From: a virus
Lineage: Duplodnaviria; Caudoviricetes
IMG/VR virus record: IMGVR_UViG_2823817231_000001
Span: 20,111 to 84,110 of that record
Length of the DNA: 64,000 nt
Strand: one strand, 5' to 3'
Shown here: positions 7,451 through 18,112 of the stretch, one piece after another
Numbering within the stretch: position 1 is the first letter of the stretch
How the letters are laid out: the number at the start of each line of letters is the position of its first letter
The notes under the pieces: model-generated
Seen by the model: the letters and a program-made list of their open reading frames with translations, nothing else
What the model was told of the DNA's origin: nothing
The model's database searches: none
Position numbers and translations under genes: made by a program

Positions 7451-10171
7451 TTGGCCGTCAAACCCCTCGTCCTTGTCCTTAGCGGCCAGACCGATAAGCT
7501 GAAGGCGGCGCTGCGTTCGGCCCAGACGGACGTTGCCGACACCAGCAAGAGCATCGGCGAGGTGCTGGAAGGCATTCAGGAAAAGGTCCGCAACTCGCTG
7601 GCCGATGCAGGCAATAACGCCGGGGAGCAGATCGGGCGCAATATCGCCCGGCAGGTCAAAGAATGGCAACGCGCGGCGGCCAGCGCCACGGCATCCGGCG
7701 GTGCTGTTGATCCCTTTGGCGGGCTGACGTCAGCCTCCGTTCTGGAGCGCGCCGCCGCGCAGGATCGTCTGGCCGCATCACTGCGCGAACAGGCCGCCGC
7801 CGCCGATAAGGCGGAAGGGTCCAACACGCGCGAGGCGCAGGCGCTGCGCCAAGTCGGCATTTCGGCCGGGATCGCTGCCATGGAGGCCGACCGGGAAGCC
7901 GAATCCCTGCGCGTGCAGGCTGGAGTGCTGGCCTCCATGGAGCAGGCGCTTGGCCGTCATACCAATGCCCAGCGGCAGGTTGCGCAGGTCAGCGGTGCCA
8001 CCCGCAACGCCATGCGCGATCTGAGTTTTCAGGTGTCCGATGTGGCCACCAGCCTGTCAGGCGGGATGCCGCCCATGATGGTTTTCAGCCAGCAGTTTGG
8101 CCAGATTGTCGGCGCCTTTCAGATGATGGAGGGCGAAGGCAGCGCGGTCATTAAATTCCTGTCCGGCCCTTGGGGCATGGCTCTTTCCACGGCGGCCGTC
8201 GCCATCGTGCCCTTGCTGGGTCATCTCGACATCTTCAATGACAAGGTGGGAGATGCGGCCAAAAAGCTGAAGGATCAGGCCGAAAGCACCAAGATTGCCG
8301 ATCAGGCGCAGGCCGTGTTTGACGCTACGCTCGACGGTGCCATCGCCAGAGAGAAAAAGCTGGGCGACGAACTGGACCGTCAGCTCAAGACGCGTCGGCA
8401 GATCCTACAGCTTCAGGTTGCCAACAATGAGCAAAGCCAAGCTGAACTGGCCAATCAGGTATCCGCCGCCCGCAAAGAGTTGCAGGTCGCACTTGCGGAA
8501 CAGCAGAAGGCCAACGCCCGGCCCGCCAATGGTGAGGCCGCGCGTGCATCACGGGATTCGGCCATTCAAACGGCTGACAAGCGCGTGGCCGATGCACGAA
8601 AGAATTTGTATGATGCCCAGACAGCGGAATTGAATGCCGAAACCGATGTGCGCAAGGCTCGCGGTTTGCAGATTGCGCAGGCTGCAAAGGATGCCGCCAC
8701 TCCGCAGGGCAAGAAATTGGCCGATCTCGATAAGCGCGCGGATTCGCTGACCGATCGCTTTGGCAAGGGCTTGATCAGCGAGGCTGAATATTCCTCGCAG
8801 ATGGACGCCATTGAGAAAGCGCGGGATGCCGCCAAGCAGAAGCCCAAGAAAGACACAACGGCCGCACGCGATGCCGAGGCCGAAAAGAAGTCTGATGCGG
8901 CTTATGATGATGCCTATGCGCGCAGCCTTACCGAGCTTGCCACAATTGCGCGCCAGAATGTCACCGATCTGGAAGAGCTGGGGCGTCTGGACAAGGCAGC
9001 CGTCGATTTCGCGCGCGAGCGTGAGCGCCGGGCAACTGAGGAGCAAGGGCGCCGGGAAAAGTGGAGCCGGGCCGATATCGACGCCTTGCAGTATAAGCAA
9101 GGCGAGGTGGCCGAGGCCAAAAAAGCCCAGATCGATGAACGTGCCAAGCGCGATGTTGCAGACCGCTGGATCGAAGTTCAGCGCAATGCCCTTGGCCTCG
9201 AAACGCAGCTTTTGCAGGCCCAGTCCGGTTTGGCGCTGACTACGGCTGAGCGGCGCACGCTGGCGCTTCAGATCCTCGAAAATGAGCGCAAGCAGGCGAT
9301 CCTTGCCGTCGACAAGAAGGTCACCGATGGCCAACTGACCGGCGATCAGGGCATGGCTGAAATCGGCAACATCAACCAGACCTTTGACCTGCGCCGGACG
9401 CGGACCGAACAGCAGAACGCCGGGCCGATGGCCACCTATCGGCAGCAGCTGCGCGCATCGACCGCCGATATGAACGCCTCGCTCGAAGGGGTGAAGGTCG
9501 ATGGCCTGAAGGGGCTGGAAGACGGCCTTGTCGGGCTGGTGTCGGGCACGGAAACCGCCGCCGGCGCATTCAAGCGAATGGCGGCCAGCATCATCGCCGA
9601 TCTGGCGCGGATTGCCATACAAAGGACGATCCTGTCGGTCATCGGCGTTGGCCTGTCCACCGGGGGCAAGGTTACCGGCCGCGCCTCGGGCGGCCTTCTC
9701 GGCTTCGCGCTGGGCGGTCTGCCGGGCTATGCGGGCGGGGTGCGCCTATCGAGCGGGATGATTTCCGGGCCGGGCACGGGCACCAGCGACAGCATCCTTG
9801 CGTTGGTCAACGGATCGCGCCCCATCGCGGTTTCAAATGAAGAGGGCATCGTCAACGCGCAGGCGGTGCGTAATTACTGGCCGATGATCGACGCGATGAA
9901 CAAGGGCACCTTCCCGCGCTTTGCCGATGGCGGCCTGCTCTCGGCCGCAACGCTGTCCTATCCGCGCATCCCCACCGCCAAGTCGCTCGCGCCCATGGGC
10001 CAGACGGTCCACCAGTATTTCAACATCGACGCCAGAAACGGCATTCTGGCTAATGAACTGATGGAGACCTTCACGCAAATCTCCGCCCAGCATGCCAGCT
10101 CCGCGCTGGCCGCCGCGCCCGGCCTGACGCAACAGCGCATGCAGCAGCGCGCCGAACAAAGGATCTCCTGA
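7451..10171 (+). CDS. Tail tape measure protein
   Basis: Long Ala-rich helical protein; LSFQVSDVATSLSGG, ASIIADLARIAIQ, GPGTGTSDSI motifs. Confidence 0.93.
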   Translation: MAVKPLVLVLSGQTDKLKAALRSAQTDVADTSKSIGEVLEGIQEKVRNSLADAGNNAGEQIGRNIARQVKEWQRAAASATASGGAVDPFGGLTSASVLERAAAQDRLAASLREQAAAADKAEGSNTREAQALRQVGISAGIAAMEADREAESLRVQAGVLASMEQALGRHTNAQRQVAQVSGATRNAMRDLSFQVSDVATSLSGGMPPMMVFSQQFGQIVGAFQMMEGEGSAVIKFLSGPWGMALSTAAVAIVPLLGHLDIFNDKVGDAAKKLKDQAESTKIADQAQAVFDATLDGAIAREKKLGDELDRQLKTRRQILQLQVANNEQSQAELANQVSAARKELQVALAEQQKANARPANGEAARASRDSAIQTADKRVADARKNLYDAQTAELNAETDVRKARGLQIAQAAKDAATPQGKKLADLDKRADSLTDRFGKGLISEAEYSSQMDAIEKARDAAKQKPKKDTTAARDAEAEKKSDAAYDDAYARSLTELATIARQNVTDLEELGRLDKAAVDFARERERRATEEQGRREKWSRADIDALQYKQGEVAEAKKAQIDERAKRDVADRWIEVQRNALGLETQLLQAQSGLALTTAERRTLALQILENERKQAILAVDKKVTDGQLTGDQGMAEIGNINQTFDLRRTRTEQQNAGPMATYRQQLRASTADMNASLEGVKVDGLKGLEDGLVGLVSGTETAAGAFKRMAASIIADLARIAIQRTILSVIGVGLSTGGKVTGRASGGLLGFALGGLPGYAGGVRLSSGMISGPGTGTSDSILALVNGSRPIAVSNEEGIVNAQAVRNYWPMIDAMNKGTFPRFADGGLLSAATLSYPRIPTAKSLAPMGQTVHQYFNIDARNGILANELMETFTQISAQHASSALAAAPGLTQQRMQQRAEQRIS

Positions 10172-10776
10172 TGACCGACCCCATCATGTTGCCCCGCAAG
10201 CGTGGGGTGAAGGTGGACAAGGTCCACTTTGTCGATTTTGGGGGCCAGTTGAAACCCTTCATGGGCGGCCCGGTGCAGACCCTTCTGCGCCTCGGCTCAC
10301 GCTTTGCGTTGGAGGTGACCATTCCCCTGATGCGCGCCGAACCCGATGGCCGCATCTGGGCCTCACGCCTGACGCAGGCCAAGATCTTTGGCGCGGCGAT
10401 GCATTTTCGTCAGGACGGCCTGACCATCGGCCTGCCCGGTTCGCCGGTGGTCGATGGCGCGGGCCAGACCGGCTTTGCCATCGCCCTGCGCGGCCTGCGC
10501 CCGTCCTATGCCATCCGCGAAGGGCAGGCTGTTCCCATTGTCACCGCGAATCGCCGCTATCTCTACTTCGCCGCGCAAACCACCGTGGCCGACAGTGATG
10601 GCAATGCCACCGTGCCGATCTATCCGATGCTGCGCCGCAGCCCCTTGGACGGCGATGCCTGCGAAATCGCGGCGCCGATCATTCAGGGCAGCATCAGCGG
10701 CAACGAATTGGCTTGGGCCCGCCTCGCCGCGCCTTTCCATGATTTCGGCACGATCATCATCGCAGAGGACGAATAA
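10171..10776 (+). CDS. Probable distal tail protein
   Basis: Directly after the tape measure gene; GGPVQTLLRLGSRF. Confidence 0.65.
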   Translation: MTDPIMLPRKRGVKVDKVHFVDFGGQLKPFMGGPVQTLLRLGSRFALEVTIPLMRAEPDGRIWASRLTQAKIFGAAMHFRQDGLTIGLPGSPVVDGAGQTGFAIALRGLRPSYAIREGQAVPIVTANRRYLYFAAQTTVADSDGNATVPIYPMLRRSPLDGDACEIAAPIIQGSISGNELAWARLAAPFHDFGTIIIAEDE

Positions 10777-10779
10777 GCC

Positions 10780-11418
10780 ATGTCGCAATTACCGCCCGCC
10801 ATGTCCGCTGCGCTGGCGGACAATCGGGTGTTGCTGTTCGGCGCGGCACGGATCGCTCTGCCCGATTACACCATCCGCCTTCTCGATGGTTCGGGCGCGC
10901 TGATGATCGGTGGCGAACTCTATCAGGGCCGCGATGATGTCTATGGCGTGCTGGATACAATCGAGGGCATCGAGGAGAGCCTGAGCGAGGAAACGCCCAC
11001 GCTCTCCATCGGCCTGATCCCGGCCACCGATACCGCGCTGGCCGCTCTGGTTGATCCGGCGGTGCAGGGGTCCGAGGTGCAGGTCATGGTGGGCGTGGTG
11101 GATCTGTCCACCGGCCAGCCTGTGGCCACGCCTTATCAGGTGTTTGTGGGTGAGCTGGACGTGCCCACGATCACCTGGGGCGAAAATGACCGCCGCCTTG
11201 AATATCGCGTCAACAGTGTGGGCGAGCGCTTCTTTCAGATCGAGGAAGGCCGCCGCCTGTCCAGCGCTTTTCATCAAAGCGTATGGCCCGGCGAAAAAGG
11301 GCTCGATTACTGCACCGATGTCGAAATCACCCTCGCATGGGGGCAGGCCGTCGATAATTCCGTTGTTTACACCCGGTCGAACCTGCCGGGCTATGCCGAG
11401 ACGTTCAACCGCACATGA
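10780..11418 (+). CDS. Minor tail/baseplate hub protein
   Basis: Synteny; FHQSVWPGEKGLDY motif. Confidence 0.65.
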   Translation: MSQLPPAMSAALADNRVLLFGAARIALPDYTIRLLDGSGALMIGGELYQGRDDVYGVLDTIEGIEESLSEETPTLSIGLIPATDTALAALVDPAVQGSEVQVMVGVVDLSTGQPVATPYQVFVGELDVPTITWGENDRRLEYRVNSVGERFFQIEEGRRLSSAFHQSVWPGEKGLDYCTDVEITLAWGQAVDNSVVYTRSNLPGYAETFNRT

Positions 11419-11882
11419 CCGAACATTCGTTGATCCTGCGCGCCCGCGCGGCTCAGGCCACGCTGGACGAATGGAAGGTGCGCGCCTTCCGCCTTGGCGA
11501 GGCCGATTGCGCCCGCCTCACCGCCTCGCATCTGCGCCGCCTTGGCCATCGTATCAAGCTGCCCCCGGCGCGGTCCTATCGCACGGTTAAATCGGCCGAG
11601 GCGGCGCTGGACAAGCTGGGCCTGACCACCATGGCCGACGCGCTCGATGCGCTGGGCTTTGAACGCATCGCCCCCGCCGCCGCGCTGGTGGGCGATATTA
11701 TCCAGATGCCCGGCGATCCCGATGGCGTGGCGGCATCGGACCGTCTGGCGGCGTTGACCGTGGCCTTGGGCAATGGGCGCGTGGTGGGCTGGCACCCCGA
11801 CGCGCCGGGCGGGGCCGTGGTGATGCAGCCGCTGGATATGGTGATGGCATGGCGCGTTGAACCGAAAGGGGCGGCCAAGTGA
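11415..11882 (+). CDS. Tail tip assembly protein (NlpC/P60-like)
   Basis: FRLGEADCA...ALVGDII motif; synteny. Confidence 0.6.
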   Translation: MTEHSLILRARAAQATLDEWKVRAFRLGEADCARLTASHLRRLGHRIKLPPARSYRTVKSAEAALDKLGLTTMADALDALGFERIAPAAALVGDIIQMPGDPDGVAASDRLAALTVALGNGRVVGWHPDAPGGAVVMQPLDMVMAWRVEPKGAAK

Positions 11883-14200
11883 AAGTGCTGAAGGTCGCGG
11901 CTATCGTGGTCACGGCGGCGGTATTGGTGGCCACGGGCGTGGGCATCGCGGCCGGGGCAATGGTGGCCGGTGGCGGGCTTAGCGCCGCCTTCAGTGCAGG
12001 CGTCGCCATGACGCTGGGCGCTGGCGGTCTGGGCCTTTCCAGCGGTCTGGCCATGTCGATCGCGCTGACATCGGCGGCAATCGCGGCCAGTACCGCCTTG
12101 GAGGCCCTCTATCCAAAGCCCAGTACCGGGGGCAGCCAGACCAAATGGAAGGCCGACCCCTATGCGGGCATCCCCTATGTGATGGGCCGGACGCTGGTGG
12201 CGGGCAATATCGTGGCCAAGCTGCTGCGCGGCTCGGCCAATGAGTTTCTGGGCATGGCCACGGTGCTCTCGCTGGGCCCGATCCATGGCTATGAAGCCAG
12301 CTTCATGAACAAGACCACGATGACGTGGATGGTGCGCGATCCGCTCAATTCCGTGGGCATGGCCGAGGCATCGAACGGGTTTCGCGGCTATATCTGGGAA
12401 CAGCGGACGCTGGGCCTCTGCCCTGAAACCTATGCGCCCGGCTGGTCCGATGGCTTCACCGGGTGGAACAATGACAACAAGCTGTCCGGCCTCGCCTCGG
12501 TCTTCAACATCTTCTGCTATAATTCCAAGGCGTCCGACACGCTCACCAGCGTTCCCACGCCCGGTTGGCTGGTCAATGGCGTGCTGGTCTATGATCCGCG
12601 TTTGGACAGCACCTATCCGGGCGGTTCGGGTTCCTGCCGCGCGCTGGATGAATCGACCTATGTTTACAGCGAGAACCCCCACCTTCACGCGCTGACCTGG
12701 TGCCTAGGTCGGTGGCAAAACGGGGTGCGCGTGGCGGGCCTTGGCGCGCCGATCAACCGCATCAACGTGGCCAGCTTTGTCGAGGGCGCGAACCTTGATG
12801 ATGCGCGCGGGTGGAAGTTGGGCGGACAGGTTTACACCCGGCCTGATACGCAGTGGAACAGCCTGAAGGCGATGCTTCAGGCTGGCGGTGCACGGCCATC
12901 TCTGGCGGGTGGCATCATCACCGCGATCAACCGCGCGCCCCGTGTCTCGCTGGCCACGATCACCCATGCCGACATCATCGGCAAATGCACCTTTTCGGGC
13001 ACGCAAAAGCGGAAAACTCGGATCAACGGCATCATCCCGCAATACCGGTCCGAAGCGCATGATTGGGAAATGGTCAGCGCCAAGCTGGTGCAGGTGGCCG
13101 CCTATGTCACCGCCGATGGCGGCGAGCGGACCAAGGAAATCAGCTATCCGCTGGTGCAGGATGTGCATCAGGTGGCGCAGCTGGCCGCCTATGACATCTG
13201 CGATGCGCGCGAGGCGGGGCCGGGCTCGATCCCGCTCAAACCGGCATGGATGAATTACGCCATCGGCGATTGCGTAACGTTTCAGCCGGAGCCGGGATGG
13301 TCGATCAAATGCCTGATCACCGGGCGCCATATCGACCCGTCCAACGGCTCGATCACCTATACCGTGCAGGGCGAAACCGATGGCAAGCACGCCTTTGCCC
13401 TGGGAGAGACGGGCGTGGCGCCGCCGATTGCCAGCCTGACCTATGACGATCCTCTGGCCGCGCCCGGTGCGGATTGGGCGCTGGCAGGAACCACGCTGAC
13501 GGCGACGGACGGCACAACCGTCCCGGCGCTGGTGCTGACCGGCGATGTCAGCAACACCACGGCCGAGGCGGTGGTGGTCGAATATCGGCTCTATGTCTCG
13601 ACGGCGGGCGATGATGACAACTGGATTTCGGCCAGCATCGACGCGCCCACGATCACCCGCAAGGAAATCACCCAGGTCACCAGCGGCACCGACTATCAGG
13701 TCAGCGTCCGCTATCGCTCACGCGGGCGGCTGGGCGCGCGCTCGATCTATGGCCCGGTCACAGCGGGCGCGCTGGCGGTCAATGGCGGCACGGTGTTGCC
13801 CGGCACCATCGACACGCCCCAGCTTGCCATCGGATCGGTCACCGATTCCGTGCGCGTCCTGCCCGCCACCAGCTTTTACGGAACCGGCGGCTGGGTCACG
13901 GTGGCCACGCTCAATGTCGTTCTCGATACCGATGCGCAGGTCGATATTCAGGCCAACGCCGAACAGGGCTTCAGCTCGGGCAGCCGCGACTGGGGTTTCC
14001 GCGTCAAGGTCGATGGCACAATCGTCAAGGAATATGCCTTTGGCGGCAGCCGTACCGCCCTGACCGAAATCCTGACCATCCTGCGTACCGGCCTCGATCT
14101 GCTGGCCGGAACCCGCGTGATCACGCTGGAGCATGCAGGGACCGACAGCACGGTGGTCATCCGATCTATCGACATGACAGCCACAAGGAGGAGCGCATGA
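11879..14200 (+). CDS. Tail tip/host-specificity (central fibre) protein
   Basis: PYVMGRT, YDPRLDSTYPGGSGSCR, SENPHLHAL motifs; FN3-like C-terminal half. Confidence 0.85.
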   Translation: MKVLKVAAIVVTAAVLVATGVGIAAGAMVAGGGLSAAFSAGVAMTLGAGGLGLSSGLAMSIALTSAAIAASTALEALYPKPSTGGSQTKWKADPYAGIPYVMGRTLVAGNIVAKLLRGSANEFLGMATVLSLGPIHGYEASFMNKTTMTWMVRDPLNSVGMAEASNGFRGYIWEQRTLGLCPETYAPGWSDGFTGWNNDNKLSGLASVFNIFCYNSKASDTLTSVPTPGWLVNGVLVYDPRLDSTYPGGSGSCRALDESTYVYSENPHLHALTWCLGRWQNGVRVAGLGAPINRINVASFVEGANLDDARGWKLGGQVYTRPDTQWNSLKAMLQAGGARPSLAGGIITAINRAPRVSLATITHADIIGKCTFSGTQKRKTRINGIIPQYRSEAHDWEMVSAKLVQVAAYVTADGGERTKEISYPLVQDVHQVAQLAAYDICDAREAGPGSIPLKPAWMNYAIGDCVTFQPEPGWSIKCLITGRHIDPSNGSITYTVQGETDGKHAFALGETGVAPPIASLTYDDPLAAPGADWALAGTTLTATDGTTVPALVLTGDVSNTTAEAVVVEYRLYVSTAGDDDNWISASIDAPTITRKEITQVTSGTDYQVSVRYRSRGRLGARSIYGPVTAGALAVNGGTVLPGTIDTPQLAIGSVTDSVRVLPATSFYGTGGWVTVATLNVVLDTDAQVDIQANAEQGFSSGSRDWGFRVKVDGTIVKEYAFGGSRTALTEILTILRTGLDLLAGTRVITLEHAGTDSTVVIRSIDMTATRRSA

Positions 14201-14361
14201 TGTTTGCCATAGGCCGACCCGGCGAAATGCCGCGGTGCTGGATCGAGGCGCGGCGGCGCGAACAGGCTGAGGCCCAGCTGCTGCCCGATGAAGTGCTGTC
14301 CGACGATGTGGCGATGGGCGAGGACGGGCGCCCGGTGCCTGCCGCCCTGCCCGCAAACTGA
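14197..14361 (+). CDS. Small tail-associated hypothetical protein
   Basis: ATGA-coupled ORF MMFAIGRPGEMPRCWIEA...PAN*. Confidence 0.5.
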   Translation: MMFAIGRPGEMPRCWIEARRREQAEAQLLPDEVLSDDVAMGEDGRPVPAALPAN

Positions 14362-14371
14362 GGAACCGAAC

Positions 14372-14800
14372 ATGAGCATCTTTTTCGAACGCGGCATTGT
14401 CGCGTGGCGGCGTGTGCCCTTTGGCGGCGCGAGCGGCGATGCCGATATCGTGGTGCTGGGCCTCGACTGGTCGGATGCCACCTATGCCATGCAGATCCGC
14501 GCGGCGCCGGGCGATACGGGTGATCCGCTGGTGTCGCTGGCCAATGCCGCCGCCGGATCGCAGGGGATCAGCGCCGCCTATGATGCGGACTATGTCCACC
14601 CGATCACCGGGGCGACGGTGGGCGCCACCACCATCCGGCCGCAGATCGATGAAACGACGATGGAGGGCTTGCCGGTCAATCCCGATGACCCGGCCAGCCC
14701 GATTTATCTGTGGTGGGACATGCATGTGACGGCGGCAGGATTGCCCAAAGCCGTCTTTTGTCAGGGCAAATTTACTGTTGATCCGGGGGTTACGATCTGA
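14372..14800 (+). CDS. Tail fibre/spike adaptor-like protein
   Basis: DWSDATYAMQIR...GKFTVDPGVT; coupled to the spike gene. Confidence 0.6.
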   Translation: MSIFFERGIVAWRRVPFGGASGDADIVVLGLDWSDATYAMQIRAAPGDTGDPLVSLANAAAGSQGISAAYDADYVHPITGATVGATTIRPQIDETTMEGLPVNPDDPASPIYLWWDMHVTAAGLPKAVFCQGKFTVDPGVTI

Positions 14801-17724
14801 TGGCCGTCTTTGTCGATGCAACCAACGCTCAGCCGACCGTGCTGGCGATCAGCGAGAACACCGCAGAAGCCACCCGGCAGGCGGGTCTGGCCATGGCCCG
14901 CGCCATGGCGGCGCAAACGGCGCAAACGGGTGCAGAGACGGCGCGCGATGCCGCCTCCGCCAGCGCGACGGCGGCCGACAGCAGCAAGACCGCCGCGCAG
15001 ACCGCACGCACCGGTGCAGAGACGGCGCGCGATGCTGCCTCTGCCAGCGCGACGGCGGCCGACAGCAGCAAGACCGCAGCGCAGACCGCGCGCACCGGCG
15101 CGGAAACGGCGCGCGATGCCGCCTCTGCCAGCGCGACCTCGGCCGACACCAGCAAGACCGCCGCGCAGACCGCGCGCACGGGTTCTGAAACCGCGCGTGA
15201 TGCCGCCGCCGCCAGCGCGACAGCGGCAGATGCCAGCAAGACCACGGCGCAGGCTGCGCTGACCTCGGTGCAGGCTATCCAGTCCACTCTGCCCTTCCCC
15301 TATCGCGCCACACGGGCGGCGGCGCAGGCGGACAGCACGCTGGCCAATGGCGCTTGGTATGTTTCGGACGAAACCGGCGTGCTGAAAATGTACAGCAAGA
15401 CCAGTTCCTCCGCGTCTGTCGATAGAGGGGCGGTTTCCACACCGGGTTATACCGACCGCCTGAAGCCGCGCACCGTGATTCCTACGCAGGATCGCGGTGC
15501 GGATGGCAGTGGAGCGGGAACGACTACGTCTATGGCGGCGGACCAAGCCGGTTTCTTGGCCTCGGTGAATGAGATTGTAGCTTCGCGCAACAATCTGCCG
15601 ACCGGCATCAATGACCTTTTCCAGTTCCAAAACGGTATGGAGCTGGATCCCGGCATTTATGATGCTGGCGACTTCACCATGGCTGACTGCAAGCTGTGGA
15701 TGAAGGCACGTATTCCGGGCACTGTGTTCATTCGTATCCCGGCAGGCAAGTACTTCCTGACTGTCACCGGGCAGGTGATGGGCATGTATGTCGACGGCAT
15801 CGTATTCATGGGCGGTAAGGGAGCACTCAAGTTCACCCGGACCAGTACCAACGCCTGCCAGAATATGCGGATCACGAATTGCTATCTTGCCAATTACACC
15901 GAATGCGGGATCGGCAATTCCAGTGCTGATATGCCCTTCCTAAAAGTCGATAATACCCAGCTTGGCGGCAGTGGTGCAATCTGTGGTATCGCATGGGGTG
16001 GGTATGTTGATCAGTTGGCCATCAAAGATTGCGCCATTGGTGGTAATGACTACGGCGTCGCCATAGGTCCGCGCCTGTCGGCCAATTATAATCTCGATAC
16101 GATTGACTTCATTGGCAATCGCAAGGCTGATATTTGGCTTAAGCCGAACATTGACGGTGGCTCCGGTCTTTCTTCGGTGGCTGGATGGGGTGCAGGCATC
16201 AAACGAATTAAATACGGAAATGAGCTTCAGACCAGCGGAAGCCCGTACCCGCGCATTCTAATCGCCAATGAGGACACGTCCGATTCCACCAAATGGCGTG
16301 GCAGCTATCCGCCGCTGACCTCGGGCGCTGGATCTGACGCCGGATTCCTGATCCTGCCCACAATCATGCATAACCATATCAACCAGATCAGCCCTTGGTA
16401 TGGTCCGTTCATCCGTTCCTATATTTCCAACCTTCAATATGGCTTGATGGAGAACAACAAGTTCAACGGCGGCACCAATACATATTTCATTGAGTTTCCG
16501 AACGGGCGGACTGCGAATTACACCAACAGCAACAGCCATTTCATCTTCCGTGAAGGTGACGGCTCTGTGCCGACTGCATTTTCCACGCATGTTATTGGGC
16601 GGATGGAAGATCACGCATCGTTCTGGCCGGGCGACCCCAGCGCCATTCCGGTTTATCCCGTCAGCGACAATCCCAATCTGAAGGTGATCGGCAACGGGCT
16701 TGGTCCGTCGCTGCGAACGATTTACGGCACCGGAACGACCACCGCCGTGGCCGATCCCTATGGCGGTATGGATTTCGAGATTGTCACCGCAACCAACACG
16801 AACAGCGGCGCGGGCAAATACATCAGCCTTGACGGCACCAACCTTGCGTCTGGCGGGATGATCTTTGTCGAGATCGCTTTGCAGCAGGCCCCGACCCATA
16901 GCGTTTCGCGCGTGCTGATCGAGCTGGTGAACTATTCGTCGCCATCGGTTTGGGCATTTCAGCGCTATATCCCGTTGCCCGCTAATCTTGGCCGCTTCCT
17001 GCTGCCTATCTATGTGCCCCCGAATGCCAATCCGGGGAGCTGGCAGTTGAAATGCTATTCCGTGAGTGCCGATGTGGTTTCGGGCACCACGGACCAGTTC
17101 ATCATCGGCGATATGATCGTGAACAGCGGCGGCGGCCGGATCGGGCGCGACAAGGCTCTGACGCGGTGGCCGGTGGCTCCGCGCAATCAGACGATGCTTG
17201 GCGGTGCGCAGTCCACATGGCCTACCGGATGGTCGCAGGCCAACCTCAATGGGCTGGCGGGTCTGACCACAACCATCAACAGCGTGGGTGTGGATGCGGA
17301 TGGCGATTATATCGAAGTGGCGGTTTCCGGCACGACAAGCGCATCGGGTGGATGGGCTGTCTATCTGGAGCCGACCCGCGCCCTCAATGTTGTCAACGGC
17401 CAGCATTGGCAATGGTACAACAAGATCAAGCTGGTTTCCGGGAGCCTCAGCACCGCCTTCAGCGGGAGCGGCACGGATAGCACAACCGGCCAGATGCTGA
17501 TGCAATGGGAAACGCATGATTCCAGCGATACGGTTGTCGGGACTACATTGAAAACCGCATTCACCCCGACCGGCACGATTGCCAATTTCGGCCATGCCAA
17601 ATGGAACGGCTTCAATGGTGCCACCGCTTGGGTCCGCCCATATTTGAGCATGACCTTCCCGAACAGCACGGCGGTTTCCTTTGTCTTGCGGATCTACCAG
17701 CCGATGATCCGGAGGCTGGCATAA
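14800..17724 (+). CDS. Tailspike/receptor-binding protein (beta-helix, probable depolymerase)
   Basis: Ala-rich stalk repeats, then a Gly/Asn-rich beta-helix-like body; homologous to 58033-60996. Confidence 0.82.
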   Translation: MAVFVDATNAQPTVLAISENTAEATRQAGLAMARAMAAQTAQTGAETARDAASASATAADSSKTAAQTARTGAETARDAASASATAADSSKTAAQTARTGAETARDAASASATSADTSKTAAQTARTGSETARDAAAASATAADASKTTAQAALTSVQAIQSTLPFPYRATRAAAQADSTLANGAWYVSDETGVLKMYSKTSSSASVDRGAVSTPGYTDRLKPRTVIPTQDRGADGSGAGTTTSMAADQAGFLASVNEIVASRNNLPTGINDLFQFQNGMELDPGIYDAGDFTMADCKLWMKARIPGTVFIRIPAGKYFLTVTGQVMGMYVDGIVFMGGKGALKFTRTSTNACQNMRITNCYLANYTECGIGNSSADMPFLKVDNTQLGGSGAICGIAWGGYVDQLAIKDCAIGGNDYGVAIGPRLSANYNLDTIDFIGNRKADIWLKPNIDGGSGLSSVAGWGAGIKRIKYGNELQTSGSPYPRILIANEDTSDSTKWRGSYPPLTSGAGSDAGFLILPTIMHNHINQISPWYGPFIRSYISNLQYGLMENNKFNGGTNTYFIEFPNGRTANYTNSNSHFIFREGDGSVPTAFSTHVIGRMEDHASFWPGDPSAIPVYPVSDNPNLKVIGNGLGPSLRTIYGTGTTTAVADPYGGMDFEIVTATNTNSGAGKYISLDGTNLASGGMIFVEIALQQAPTHSVSRVLIELVNYSSPSVWAFQRYIPLPANLGRFLLPIYVPPNANPGSWQLKCYSVSADVVSGTTDQFIIGDMIVNSGGGRIGRDKALTRWPVAPRNQTMLGGAQSTWPTGWSQANLNGLAGLTTTINSVGVDADGDYIEVAVSGTTSASGGWAVYLEPTRALNVVNGQHWQWYNKIKLVSGSLSTAFSGSGTDSTTGQMLMQWETHDSSDTVVGTTLKTAFTPTGTIANFGHAKWNGFNGATAWVRPYLSMTFPNSTAVSFVLRIYQPMIRRLA
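14908..15253 (+). repeat. 84-bp (28-aa) tandem repeat, about 4 copies
   Basis: AAQTARTGAETARDAASASATAADSSKT repeated. Confidence 0.93.
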
Positions 17725-17759
17725 TCCACCACCCGTAAAATCGAGCCTTCAATTTTTGC

Positions 17760-17781
17760 GCCGCCTTTGGGCGGTTTTTTT
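17760..17781 (+). terminator. Rho-independent terminator
   Basis: CCGCC-tttg-GGCGG-TTTTTTT. Confidence 0.75.
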
Positions 17782-17803
17782 GTGTCCAGGGGGACCGCGC
17801 TCA

Positions 17804-18112
17804 ATGGCTGAAATACCGCAAATTCCTGCCGAATATGTCTGGACCGGCGCCGGTGGCGTGCTGGGGCGCCTGATGTTTCATGCCCGCGAGGTCCAGCGCG
17901 GGCGGCGCAAGCCATGGTCGGGCGCCCTGCTCTACGATGTGCCGATCGCGCTGGGCATGGGGTGGAGCGCCTATGGCGCCTGCGTCTGGGCCCATCTGGC
18001 CATCCAGCCCTCGGTCACCGCCGCCATCCTCGCCAGTTACCTCGGGCCCTACACGCTCGACCGCATGATCGGCCGGGTTGCCGACAGATACCTTGGGGGA
18101 AAATCCGCATGA
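17804..18112 (+). CDS. Holin (LydA-like)
   Basis: GGVLGRLMFHAREVQRGRR...ASYLGP; multiple TM segments; first gene of the lysis cassette. Confidence 0.78.
   Translation: MAEIPQIPAEYVWTGAGGVLGRLMFHAREVQRGRRKPWSGALLYDVPIALGMGWSAYGACVWAHLAIQPSVTAAILASYLGPYTLDRMIGRVADRYLGGKSA

Noticed and set aside
159-14200. Gene transfer agent, given the GTA-like chaperone and tail genes
   Set aside because: Morons, a Rha module, a 906-aa tape measure, an adjacent lysis cassette and an att-like end indicate a true prophage.
14908-15253. Tandem repeats as a CRISPR array
   Set aside because: They are in-frame 84-bp coding repeats without unique spacers, and there are no cas genes.
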